NCBI GenBank assembly: GCA_000320545.1
Contig: ADNK01000698.1
Span: 6,286-70,285, forward strand
Length of the DNA: 64,000 nt
Direction of reading: 5' to 3'
Origin: Bigelowiella natans CCMP2755
Lineage: Eukaryota > Protista > Cercozoa
The notes beneath the pieces are model-generated. The model did no database searches. It was not told the origin of the DNA and saw nothing but the letters and a program-made list of their open reading frames with translations. The translations under genes were made by a program, and so were the position numbers. Every line of letters begins with the position of its first letter. The first letter of the stretch is position 1. Of this stretch, positions 38,020-50,512 are shown piece after piece.

Positions 38020-39010
38020 ATGGGAGGAGCACAATGCACTGGAAGGGGCGGACGACTCAAGGTGGAATCCAAGCTACCTGCGTTCAACGATGTTAAGGGT
38101 CGATCAGTGCCGCCTGGATCCATTGGTACTGCTGCTACTACTATTCCTACTAGATAGACCTTCATGAAGATGACGAATGCTTCTTACATTGCCGCATCTT
38201 TCCGAAGTTGCCGTGACCGGCGCATCAGGATTCATTGGAAGCCACGTCGTGAAAGCGTTGTTGGCAGCTGGATACATCGTGCGAGCCTGCGTTAGAGATG
38301 CTGAGAGCAAGGTGAGTACGAATGCCCTGTGGCAGTAGTTTATAATAGCCATGCTTATTAAACGCATGCAATCCGCAACAGGAAAAGACGGCCCATTTGA
38401 CTGCGATGAAAATTGGCAGTGGAGCGAAATTGGAGCTTTTTTCAGCGGACCTATTCAAGTCTGGAAGGTCTGATATTTATAGATGATCGCCCTCTTTTTC
38501 ACATGCAAAGCTGACGCCCCATCCTGCCAAATGTAGCTATGATTCTGCGTTCGATGGAGCTGACGCTGTAATTCACTGCGCGGCTGTCGTTGCCAATAAG
38601 AACTCGGTAAGAATTCACAACTTGAGTATTCATGCATGTTGTCTTGCCATGTTGCTTCAGAAAGGAACAGCGAAGTACAGTCCACATTGTTCTTGGAAGT
38701 GTAATTAACGCGTGCTTGCAAAGGTGAAAGGGGACCCATATGAGGCAATTGTATCGCCTAGTGTAAAAGGTATTTGAGAGACTTAAATTATCGTAATTTA
38801 TTCATCAAAACGAACATTAATGAATACGTGTGTACGACATGTTGTAGGCACCCAAAATGTAACTACATCGATACACAAGGCAAACTCAGTAAAGCGGGTT
38901 ATTCACACGAGCTCTCTTGCTGCTATTCAGGTTGCTGATCATACATACATACACCCAATAAAGTCCCTCTATATTTCACATACCCACATATACACACACA
39001 TATTTAATAC

Positions 39011-39052
<42 letters not shown>

Positions 39053-40590
39053 TATATGTATATATGGCACAATCTACATATGCGTGTATATATGTGGGTG
39101 CGCGAAGTATAAGCCTCATATCCTAACCCTTCACCTATCAACCAATGTTACCAGACCTACGACAAGGCACCGAACTATTTCTTCTCAGAAAAGGACTGGA
39201 ATACTTGGTAAATTCCCCACCGATCATTAGTTTTATGAGTGCCGTCGTTGTCTTGCAACGGCAAAAGCAGCCCAAACGTAACCACAGTCTCTTCACTCTC
39301 GCCGTCCGACCCCTCCCCTTTGTTCCTCGTGTGCTCCAAAGGTCCAACGAGGTCAACCAAGATTACTACGGGCTAGGGAAGACACTCGCCGAGCAAGAGG
39401 CCATCAAGATGTCGAGCGGAAAGTCCTACGACCTAGTTGTCATCAACCCGTGCGTTGTGCTGGGCGAGTGTCTCACCAAAAAGCATACGAAAGCTTCACC
39501 AGGTAAACTAGAAGAAAGTAGAAGTAGTAGTAGGAGGAGGGGGAGAAGGAGGAGGTGATGGAGGAGGAAGAGAGCTTCACTAGCGTTAGCGGGTGAACAT
39601 CTGCGTGTGTTATTTGACTAAGAGGTTATGCGTGTTGTTACCCTTTGGCTGTGATCATCCATCCGTATGTTCATTCGTCAGTATTCGTTCGGGAGCTGCT
39701 CTATGGCAATAAGCTTCCGGATACACCTGTCAACTTCGTCGGTAGGACGCAACCAAACAGAATACGCATTGCCTTATGAGAAAGACCACCCGTTACATCT
39801 AATCTTGCATTTTGTCCTCTCCGCGCTGCCCCCCCCCCTCCCTCGCCCGCGGCAGATGTTATCGATGTTGCAACGGCTCATGTGGAAGCTCTCAAGAGAC
39901 CCGAGGCAGGTTAGCATAGCGTGTAAAAGCAAGACTATGCAAAAGCAGGCGGTTGCTGCAGCTACGACGAGTGGGATTGTTGATGTGAGAGAGCTGCGCC
40001 CTCGTCGTAGTGTCAGATGCTGTTACTGATGAACTCCCCCCCCCCCCTGCCGATGTTGCCATCTTTGCAGGATCTAACAGATTCCTTATCTCGGGAGACC
40101 ACACGTCCCACTTTTGGCGCTTTGCTAAGCTAGCTCAAAAGCTGGGGAAGCTCTACCCGCAGTACACCTTCAAGGCTAACGTTTACTCTGGCCTCCTCTA
40201 CAATATTGCTTGGTAGCTCTTGAATTGCAATCGACAACGAATGCGGAGAGAAAGGAGAGAGAATACATCACGCTATTCAGCCGGTGAATAGATTAGGAAT
40301 CGAAGCATATGATGGCTCTGGATGGAAATGACGATGATGACGATGATGACGATGTGGTGATGGTTACGATGTAATTATGGTGGTGGTGATCAAAAGGTAT
40401 ACAACTATGACCGAATTCGAGCGTGCAGTCATTCAAACCGACATCAAACTGGACAACACCAAATCAAAGGAGGTTGATGAATAGTACACAGTTTTCCTGA
40501 TAATGTAGGCGTAGTTCAGCCGTAGTTATTTATAGTAGTAGGAATGGTGTTAGTAGCTGATCCTGTTGTAGTCGCTAACCAGTCACCAGT

Positions 40591-40626
<36 letters not shown>

Positions 40627-40842
40627 ATAGTAGTAGTAGTAGTAACACAAGGGAGAAGTATATTATGTCGTCCACAACTGTCTCAAACATAACTCTACGA
40701 GATCTACGATCGGGTTGTTACGTGACGTCATTTTTCCTTACAGGTTCTCGGCATTAAGTATGCTGATTTCGATGACACACTGAGAGCTACTATCGACTCT
40801 ATGGTTACCACCAATTTTGTTAAAGTCAAGAGAAAGGAATAG
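38020..40842 (+). CDS. NAD(P)-dependent extended short-chain reductase (dihydroflavonol reductase / cinnamoyl-CoA reductase / aldehyde reductase-like)
   Basis: PPGSI|VAVTGASGFIGSHVVKALLAAGYIVRACVRD, DGADAVIHCAA, VKRVIHTSSLAA, YGLGK (YxxxK), VVINPCVVLG, DVIDVATAHVEAL, last exon VLGIKY..FVKVKRKE*. Confidence 0.9.
40592..40644 (+). repeat. (TAG)n intronic microsatellite
   Basis: Nearly pure TAG run. Confidence 0.95.
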
Positions 40843-41700
40843 TCGCGTTGCTTTTTAGTATAATTCTGCATCGTTGAAGATTTAGGATCGCTAGATAGGG
40901 CTGTAATATGGTTTATTCTAGTAGGCGCCTAAGCGCTTGATAATTACGTACTACATGGCCTTCGCACTGCTCCTGCAGGCATACCGAATCGTGTTAGTGC
41001 ACGATTGCTTGCATTTGGCGCGGCATATCCATCCATGCAATATCATCATCATGCACTGAAATCTGACATTTAGTAGCGTTATTTCATATGCACATGTGGC
41101 GTGCTAGCGCCATGCTAGAATGGCACACATCTGGACATGTACAGGTCTAGAGGTGCGCGCAGCAGAACTACTAGACTAGTATATACTGGACAAAGTCGAA
41201 CCATCGACCTAAAGCGCGATGTAATATCGATATCAAAAATGTGCTAGTGCGTCATTATAAGGACATGCTTGCATGTATACATGCGCACAGCATGCTAGCA
41301 TGCAAATGAGCTAGAGAGGCAAAGCTAGCAAAGGTTGTCATGATAGACATGCAACATTGTATATGCATGATTATGATAGACATGCGGTGTCTCCGGCCGC
41401 TCATGCTAGCGTTGTGCATGCGTCACTTGCTGTGATTATGTAGTGATGGAGAAAGCATGCGCACGCATGTGTGTGTTGTGCACGTCATACACCTTTAGAC
41501 ATGCTAGAATGTACTTGATGTACGTGCAGCAGTGAAAATGAACACTACCGCATCATACTAGCAAGCATGCATGAAAACAATAGAATCGGACAACAATTGG
41601 CATGATAAAAAATTCAATTGGTCTACTTCTTTCAAATTTGTAAAATGGTGCGAGCAAGAATCACGCTCCTATTCGTGTGTTGTGCGCTGCAAGCAGCGAG

Positions 41701-43728
41701 CTACACCCGCTGGCGTTTGTTAGCCGGCTCAGTCCCAGGAGGGCCTTCAGCATTTCGCGAAGTGCCAGGAGGTGGAGCGGCGGCATCGTTGGGTGCAGTT
41801 CCAGGTGGCGGAGCCAGCCCAGGAGGCCCCTCACCTGATGGAGGGGGGGGGTAGCTTCCACCTCCTTGCTGTGGAGGGTATCCAGGATATTGCTGCTGCT
41901 GCTGCTGCTGCGACTTGCTGTCCCCCCCTGCTGCTCCTCCACTCTGTCCGGGGTATTGCTGGCCGTAAGCAGCAGCAGCTTGATACTGGCCGTATGCTGC
42001 ATACCCGTAGCCGTAGCCCTGTTGAGGATATCCTCCGTACCCGCCGCCATATCCATACGCTGCCTGCTGTTGCTGCTGCTGAGGAGCTTGCGGTTGCCCG
42101 TTTTGAGCGCCACCTTTGCCTGATGATGATAAAAACACGATGGTCAGCGATGCTTTCCTGAGCGAGTGATGGCAGCTCTCAGGGTTGATATGCTACTGCT
42201 ATTTGTGCTTGGGTGGACAATGTCCATTCTGTCTGTGAGAATTATGCAGCATGTCATTGCAGGGAGCTTCATTTTCAACGCCGACCTCCGTTGGGAGGCT
42301 GTCCGCCACTTGCTGCCTGCTTCCAAGGAAGGAGGGGGGGGAAGGGGATTCAGAAAGGAGGGATTGAGAATAACAACGACGACCAACAATAACAAACAAC
42401 AGCATGGTTCTCTCTGTGCTCTGCTGATGGAATGCAGAGGAAGGAAAACGATATATGAGGGAGGGCGATGAGAATCAAATCACCTGCTGAGGAGCACCCC
42501 CCTCTTGTCCGCTCGGCTGACAAATTGATGACCAAGATACATCACAATGAGGATGAAAACAGCACAGCACCAATGCGCATCCCTCACAAGTTAAACGCGA
42601 AGTTAAATACGAAAAGGCGGAGGCGTACTCAAAAACCTCCACCATTCCATTACACCCCTCCTCAAACATATCAAGCTCCCTCCTCCTCCTCTCCCCCCCC
42701 CCGTCTCTCTCTCTCTCTCTCTCTCTCGACCACCTTCTGTGCTTGCTGCTGATACGCTCCACCGTACTGGGGTGGGTAGCCTGGGTAGTAGCCACCTCCT
42801 CCCTGTCCATATCCTCCTCCTGCTGCTGCTGGCCCAGGTGCAGGGTACCCATATCCATAAGGGTTGCCGTACCCGCCGTACGGGTTGTGCGGAGGGAATC
42901 CAGTGGGGGGAGCCCTTTTAAGAAGATACAATTTGCGTTATTAAGTCACAGACCCAGCATCGGCAAGAGCAGTATTAGCAGCAGCAGCAGCAGCAGCAAT
43001 AACATTACGATTTGGGCAAATCAAGGGAATCTTCCACCACCACCCCCACTCTCATTTTATATTCCAAACAGACTTGGCGTGATACTTTACCTCATGCCAC
43101 CGCCTCCGCCTCCTCCCTGCTGGCCTTGCATAAGCGACTCGATTTCACTCTCTGGAAGAAACAAACAAAGATATCTATTAGCTGCGTCACATTCTGCTCT
43201 CGTCACTTTAACCATACGGTTTTATTTGGGGGCGCGAGGGGAGGAGTTATGTCCAAATTTGCTCTTACCAGCATGAGCGACTTGTCTATCTGTACCCGAG
43301 AGGCTCACCTGCCAGCCACAACAAATGCAGTAGTCAGTCGTATTTAGCTACGAGCTGCTGAGCGGGGTCGCGGCATGCACGTATTCATTTTCGTCCCATT
43401 CGCGACTCCATTGCGCACACCATGATGACGATAGCGACTCTGACTACGATGATAAATACTGCGACTGTTGGAGAGACAGCAGCAGCAACAAGCAGGGCCC
43501 TTGCATCATTGTTCTCCTCTCACCTGCCGTGTTGGTGCGTTCGGGTCGGCCTCAGAATCACGGGTCACCTGGGAGAACAGAGAAGAGAGAGAGAAAGAGC
43601 AAGAAGCCCAATACGGTCAGCAAAGAAAGGGGGAGGAGGGGGCGGTTTAACCGAGGACGATAGCGGTGATGATGCGGTGGGGGGTTATAACAGTAAAGAG
43701 AGCAATGTTCATGTGTAGAATAGTATAT

Positions 43729-43804
<76 letters not shown>

Positions 43805-43945
43805 AAGCTAGGCATCGTGAGAGAGAGGAGTACGCAGCGGTAGCAGCACCTGAATCCTGCAGCCCGTGTTTGCTTGCAGGTTTCTAATCGTTTCGCCTCC
43901 TTTCCCAATCAGAAGGCCAACCTGTAAGATAGATAGATCATCAAT

Positions 43946-43984
<39 letters not shown>

Positions 43985-44729
43985 CTCGTGGAGATGCTAC
44001 ATCGAGACGACGATGAGTCCTTCATGGGGGGAAACAGGAGGAAGATAACGCGTGTGCATTGGGGGGGGGGGGGGGGGGCTGCTTACTTTATCTTGAGGAA
44101 TTTGGATATGTTTTTGTGCGGTGTCTCCTCGATCTGGTTGTAGGACGATAATGGAGAGTCGCAGCAGCAGCAGCAGCATCAACAACAGATTAGCGTCGCT
44201 GCCCATGGTGGCACACAGGAGACACAATACCATTGGACCACCGCCACCACCCCGCTATTCTACTCTTTTCGCGCGGGCGCGGCATGATCATCATCATTAT
44301 TGTAGTAATTCTTCATCATCATCCTCGTCATGGGTGGGGGTTTTACGTAACATACTTCCTCCCCCTCCGCCTTGATGCCTCTGCCTACTCTCTATCAGTC
44401 CGAAAACCTGTGAGGAGCGAATATAGATCATCAGAGGAAGAAGGTGGTGGTGGAAAATGGCAATGACACACGGCTGCTCCCATGCACCAGATACACTCTA
44501 TCATCGAACGAGAAGACGCATCCTCTCTCCTCATCTCAATCCCGCACCTCTTTCTCAACCAAACGGATTTGCTCTTCACTGCCGCTGAGCGTCACCATCC
44601 TGTTTGGGGACCCAGGGCGTGGCTCCTTCGCAATCTGGATGCGAGCTCCGGTATCAGCCTGGAAAGAAGAATAATAAGAAGAAGGCAAAAGGAGCAAAGG
44701 AATCAGATCAGAGAACAGCGTGGATGTGC

Positions 44730-44781
<52 letters not shown>

Positions 44782-45035
44782 GTGTGCTGCTCACATATAT
44801 GGCAGAATTGCGATAGTGAGTATGATACAACATACCTGAAGGCTTTTTATTGTCTCCCCTCCCCTTCCGATAACGAGGCCCACCTGCCATGGAGGTCACT
44901 CACTCAGCATCAAAAATTGGTCGTGGTAGTAGGTTATTATGATAGAGGAGGGGGAGAACATGTGCAAATTTGTACTTTGTCATTTGGAATCTTTATATCC
45001 TTGGAGCTTGTGAAGCCTAAACCTGGTAATGACGA

Positions 45036-45066
<31 letters not shown>

Positions 45067-45266
45067 AAGAAGAAGATCAAGAACAATAACAAGAGATTCA
45101 GGGCACCGTACGCGGAGCACAAAAACCACCTTGCCGATAATCAATCATCATCCCATCACACAACATAATAATGAAGCCCCTATGCATTCGAGTAAGTAAA
45201 GCAAAGCTGCTGAATAATGCTCACCGGATCGATCTCCTCCTGTCCTTACTGAGGGGTCGAATCCTG

Positions 45267-45298
<32 letters not shown>

Positions 45299-46984
45299 TA
45301 TCATCGTTATATAATCATTTCCCCTTGTCGAATTACGCCTCACGTTCCGTAATTTAGCGTGTGAGAGGCAGGCACTAACTGACCTTCCGTGACTTTCGAA
45401 TCGTACAAGCTTGCAGGCAGGTCGGGGGGGGCTAAGATTGGGTATTTATGAAAATAAGTTCCGGGGATTTATGTGCGGAATTTCGCTCTCGGCCCCCATT
45501 CTTTACTTCGCATCGTTTCTTACTAACCACTGCCAGTGAGCTCTGTCAGCTGCTCACGTTTCTTCGCGTACAGATTTTCCTGATGAATAGCGCAGAAGGA
45601 GAGGGAAAGAGTTTTGTATCAGCGCTGCTGCACCCTCCTCATGACGACTGTCCTCCTCGTTCCCCATCGCTATTATTTGTTTAGCGCTGGCCGTTAAAAC
45701 AAATGCAAATGCACTCTTACTACCCTGTTGAAGATGAGGTCATTGACAAGCTTCTCGCCATCTTTGAGCTGAAAAAATAATTGAGCATAGCTTCAGTCAG
45801 GCCAACAATATCTAATGATGTATGATCGTTTTGCAGGGAGCAAGACACAGCAGCCTCATTTGCCCCATCTTCTCTTTCCAGGTTATCATTTCTATACAGC
45901 AGCTACTGCAGCAGCCGCCACCTGTTGTTCAGTATCTGCCACCACAAGGACATGCAAAGGTTCGTCTGGGGCGTCATCATTTCCTAATAAAAAACAAAGA
46001 GTCCTCAGAGCACCGCAGAGCTTCTACTACTCAAAATATTCTCGACGATACCGTCTTTGCTGGAACCCTTGCCTCGGATGATGAACTTCGCACCACTTTT
46101 CTGCGACATTTCCTAATTTACGTGTTCAGTATATCAGACCCCAAAACCCCAACCAACTTGAAAGCATTGAATTCTAGGTGATCTACACCGCAAGACCGGT
46201 TGTTATAACTCAGTGAATAACCCTAATGCCCCTTCTCAATAAACAAGCAATCTCTACACCTTGATGGTCTTTCCGGAGGGGCCAATCAGCAACCCGAGGA
46301 AGTTGATATCAGGATATGTCTGAGGAAATAGAGAAACAATCGCGAATTTAAACCCATAAGACACAGGCCGAGATGGAGAGCTATTAAAAACAAAAATGAG
46401 AGCGGAGGATAAGTACAGCCGAGTGATTGTGTTGCATTAATCCACATCAACACAACCTGGACTGGGATGTTGATCTTTGTTCTCTTCTTGTCACCATGCA
46501 TTGCTCCAGAGCTGATTGGCATCTGCATCTGCATTGTTGGTACCCCAGCTCCCCCCGGGCCTCCCGCTGAAATTAACCATAATAATATGTGACTTCCCCC
46601 GCAATGGTCGATGAGCATGGCCTCACGTGCTCGTGAGAAATAGTTGAGTGAGTGCAACGTATCATTTTTTATGGAATGTTCCCCAGTAATAACAATTGCA
46701 TTTAAATCTAGGTTTAACTGCATCATCCGAAAACACGGGAACAGCCATCTTGCTGATTAGATATACAGTGGAAAAGAGTAACAACCGTCGCCCCCCTTTC
46801 GTTTGCAACATCCTTACACTAATCCTATCAACATGCTTGAAAACTTACAGCCGAGCTGCCCTGAGATCCTATTAGCTATCTCTTGCGCACGAGCTTTTGC
46901 CTGAGCAAGAATCGTTGCCATGTCCACTCCTCCACCAGACGAGGACGACGCTGCCGCGGGCTTCTCGCCCCATCTTGATGCCAT
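41701..46984 (-). CDS. Multi-KH RNA-binding protein, FUBP/KHSRP-like, with an SF1/STAR-type first KH and a Q/G/Y/P-rich C-terminus
   Basis: MASRWGE..AQAKARAQEIANRI. KH1: KINIPVQ|TYPDINFLGLLIGPSGKTIK..IRGKGSSKD..DEPLHVLV. KH2: IPNDK|VGLVIGRGGETIKSLQ|ADTGARIQI. KH3: VGLLIGKGGETIRNLQANTGCRIQ|VTRD. Low-complexity tail ends ANKRQRV*. Confidence 0.85.
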
Positions 46985-47527
46985 CGTTTTACCTCTTTGA
47001 AGTACAGTTACGTTTCCTGGATCATAAGAATAAATTTGTTACATCATTCATGTCGACTTCCCGACTTCCCTCAGCATTCTCTCCCCCGCCCCACAATATT
47101 ATCTCGCACCGCGCTCCCCACCTTCTCCGAGAGCGAAGCGTGGGCCACTTACTTTTCACCAACTTCCCTGCAGAACATCGTACAAAATATCGCTATTTAT
47201 TTGCCCTCTAGTCTATATTTATCTGTCGCAGATTACTAATATCCTGTCTTTCGCGTATATAGGTTCGAAAGTATCCCTGCCGGTAGGCTTGAATTGTTGC
47301 ACGCGGAAAATTGCGTGAGCCAAAGCCAGGATTCTTGAGTTCAATGTGAATCCCGGTTTTCTTTACTTTTTTAATGAATTAAAGGCGATTTTGGGCATTT
47401 TTGGGTATCGCTCCCTCACGCACCCTTCACGCATATCCAAGCGGGCGAGGAGCAAGCAAGCTGAGGGGAAGGATCAAACACCTCCGCTTCGAGGACAAAA
47501 TCTTCACCGTTTGTACACCTCCCAACA
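46985..47527. promoter_or_regulatory. Short divergent spacer between the KH gene and RNPS1 (~540 bp)
   Basis: Opposite start codons. Bidirectional promoter is inferred. Confidence 0.45.
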
Positions 47528-48456
47528 ATGCCACGGTCTCCTTCGCCTTCCTCCTCATCCAGGAGCCGCTCCTCTAGTCGCTCCAGGAGTCCTAGGAAAG
47601 ACACCGGTGCGAGAAAAGGTGCTCCCCTTCGTGTTCGCTAGTAAAATAGTCGAGATGAAAATGTCAACCCTTTTCGAATTTTGACCCAAGCTCACTCTCT
47701 CGCAACTTCGCATCCCACTCGTAAATTTTTGTCAGCCGGGAACGAAAACACGATCCTACACGTCACTAACTTGACAAGGAATGTCAATAAGGTTGCTAGC
47801 ATTAAATGTGACAATTCTTTACTTCGACTTTTCAACGCTTATTTTCGTTGTGGCACCGCCGTGCATCGAAGATATTAGAGGAAAAACTTACTGGTTCGTT
47901 CCTCCCTCGTGCGAAATGTAATATAGGGTCATCTGGAAGAAATATTTGGCAACTATGGAAAAGTAAAGGACGTAGAACTGGGAATAGATGAGAAGGTTAA
48001 TAATATTTTAAACCAACGACGACATGAGCAGTTTAGATCAGCCGTGGAGGCTTTACTTTGCGATCTTCTTCTAAACTCCACATGGTGATACCTCAGGTGA
48101 AGCTCCCGCTGGGATACGCTTTCGTTGAAATGGAAGACAAGGACGGTGCAGAAAAGGTGGTTCCGCCTGAAAATGACGTCCTGAGTGGGCCTTGTGTCTA
48201 ATAATTGCGCGTACATTGCAGGCCTTGAAGTACATGGATTCGGGACAAATAGATGGAAACAAGCTCCGAGTGAAATACAAGTTAGTTGCGAATAGCCGTC
48301 GGAGCCCTGATCGCGGCAGGCGGGAGAGGAGTCCAAATCGTCGTGCACCTCAGCGTAGAGGAGGAGGAGGACGGAGCCCCCCCCGGAGGTTGTTGGGCAT
48401 GAATATGAGGAATTCCAAGTCCTTTTTCCTGATGAACGATGTCTAGTCTGTGTTCG

Positions 48457-48502
<46 letters not shown>

Positions 48503-48826
48503 GCTCTCTTAGACCCTCTTCCACACTAAAAACAACAACATGATGTAAATTATTTATCTCTCAGGCGTGTGCCTGTTCGTCGAAGTCGGTCACCTCGCAG
48601 AGGCCCAAGGCGTGGACGATCTCCTCCGCGAAGAGGGGGGCCACGACGACGCTCGCCTCGTCGAGGAAGGTCGCCTGTCCGACGCCCTCGCAGATCGAGA
48701 TCGCGCGGCCGTGGAAGAGGGCGCCAGCCAAGGAGAAGGTCAATGTCGTCCTCAAGTGATGACTCGAGAAGCCGGTCTCGTTCAGGGTCTGACTCTGACT
48801 CTGGAAGATCAAGATCCCGATCTTAA
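47528..48826 (+). CDS. RNPS1: RNPS1/SR45-like RRM + RS protein (ASAP/EJC component)
   Basis: Ser-rich N-terminus [30 protein letters not shown]|GHLEEIFGNYGKV..LPLGYAFVEM..|ALKYMDSGQIDGN, then an RS/RP-rich C-terminus. Confidence 0.92.
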
Positions 48827-49104
48827 GAAGTACTAGTAGTGGAGTGGCATCAGTAGCCTGCTCTCCGAAGCTTCGTTTGCCGCCCTCGTTAGTTAGTATC
48901 GAACGAAAATGCCATATTTTTAGCTAAGGTAACATCTTATGATCTGTCTAATTCCTCGCGTCCTAGTACCATCTTGACCGCAGGTTTGGTTGCAAAGCTT
49001 GCATTGTGAAGCGAATGTAGAAATATTCATGTTGACAATTACGATTTCAATACTGCAGAATGCATGTTATGTATTATTGTATATGTATACACACACACAC
49101 ACAC

Positions 49105-49160
<56 letters not shown>

Positions 49161-49303
49161 TGTAGATAGAGAAAGAGAGAGAAGTGATGACATTTCATCA
49201 GCAGAATCAACAACAACGACAAACACCTTTACATTTTTGCACGCGAGACCTAATTATTTGAGTCGTGCTGGCGCACGTAGTTGTTAATAATGATGGGCCA
49301 CAC

Positions 49304-49338
49304 AACGTAAGGGTGTGCAAAACGTAAGGGTGTGCAAA
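49304..49338 (+). repeat. 17 bp tandem duplication
   Basis: aacgtaagggtgtgcaa occurs twice. Confidence 0.9.
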
Positions 49339-49935
49339 CCATGCTGCTAGGCAAATTTAAAACAGCGCATGCTAAATGCACACGTACGTGTAGGATCACT
49401 GCACATAGCTAGACAGCACAATGCGAACAAAGGCAATAATAATGCTGTGTGTGCTGGGCGCATGTGTTTGCATGCCTGCACGTTGTATATGCTAGTATGC
49501 TTGCACAATCTTGCATTATTCTAGACATCAATGTACTTTCTATATAAGCAACCAGAAGCTAGTCAGAAACTAGTCACACTAAGTGCCGGATAAGCGCATC
49601 ATGCTATGCTAGCATGCGCGCGCAGTATGATTATCGGTCAAACTGCACGATCGATGCGGATGTTGTACGTGCGTGCTGTCGATCTAACATGTCTAGATGT
49701 CACAATACACCGCGTAGGTATCGCGTGCATGTTGACCGTGATTGTCGTGCAGTCGATCACGCGTGCGGAAGCACATGTCATGCTTACTTATAACACTTTG
49801 ACTTAGGCTACATTTAAAAGCACGTATGATGCTACGTACATTCACAAATGTGCATTGTTTGTATATGGCCACATATATATGCTGTTTTCATGCATGCGCC
49901 ATGTGACCAAGGAAACAAATAGATACAATTTAAGC

Positions 49936-50361
49936 GCTGTAGCCGCTGCATTGCATAGCTACATCAGGATGACCATTGAAACAATTTAAACATTTCATTA
50001 CATCCGTCTCATATATATGCTGTAGCCGCTGCATTGCACAGCTACATCAGGATGACCATTGAAAAAATTTAATTTGTTCATTACATCCGTCTCATATATA
50101 TATGCATACACATAGCGCATATATGTGTACACAACTAATGACTTAAAAAAGGGCTCGCACCGGCTGCGTGCACTGCCCGACATCGACGACTGGACATGCT
50201 AGCATGGATGCTTTCAAATGCATGAAACACATTGTGGAAAAAACAAACACACACACACACACACACAACATAAGGGCTGTAGCCGCAGCTTTGAACAGCT
50301 ACATCAGGATGACCATTGAAAATATTTAATCAATTCATTACATCGCCATCCGTCTCATATA

Positions 50362-50365
<4 letters not shown>
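49936..50365 (+). repeat. ~83 bp repeat, three copies (49936 and 50019 in tandem, 50276 dispersed), with an internal hairpin
   Basis: gctgtagccgc...gctacatcaggatgaccattgaaa...ttcattacat..ccgtctcatatata, with TGTAGC/GCTACA inverted arms. Confidence 0.9.
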
Positions 50366-50402
<37 letters not shown>

Positions 50403-50512
50403 CACACGTGTACGTGTGTGCAAATCCCATTATGGCACACATTGCTATGCCACGGACGATATCAGACGATTATGTATGTCGTTTCAATTTTGCAACATGC
50501 TCCTGCCCTAAC

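Noticed and set aside
49936-50365. CRISPR-like array
   Set aside because: Eukaryotic context, 83 bp units without unique spacers, and no cas genes.
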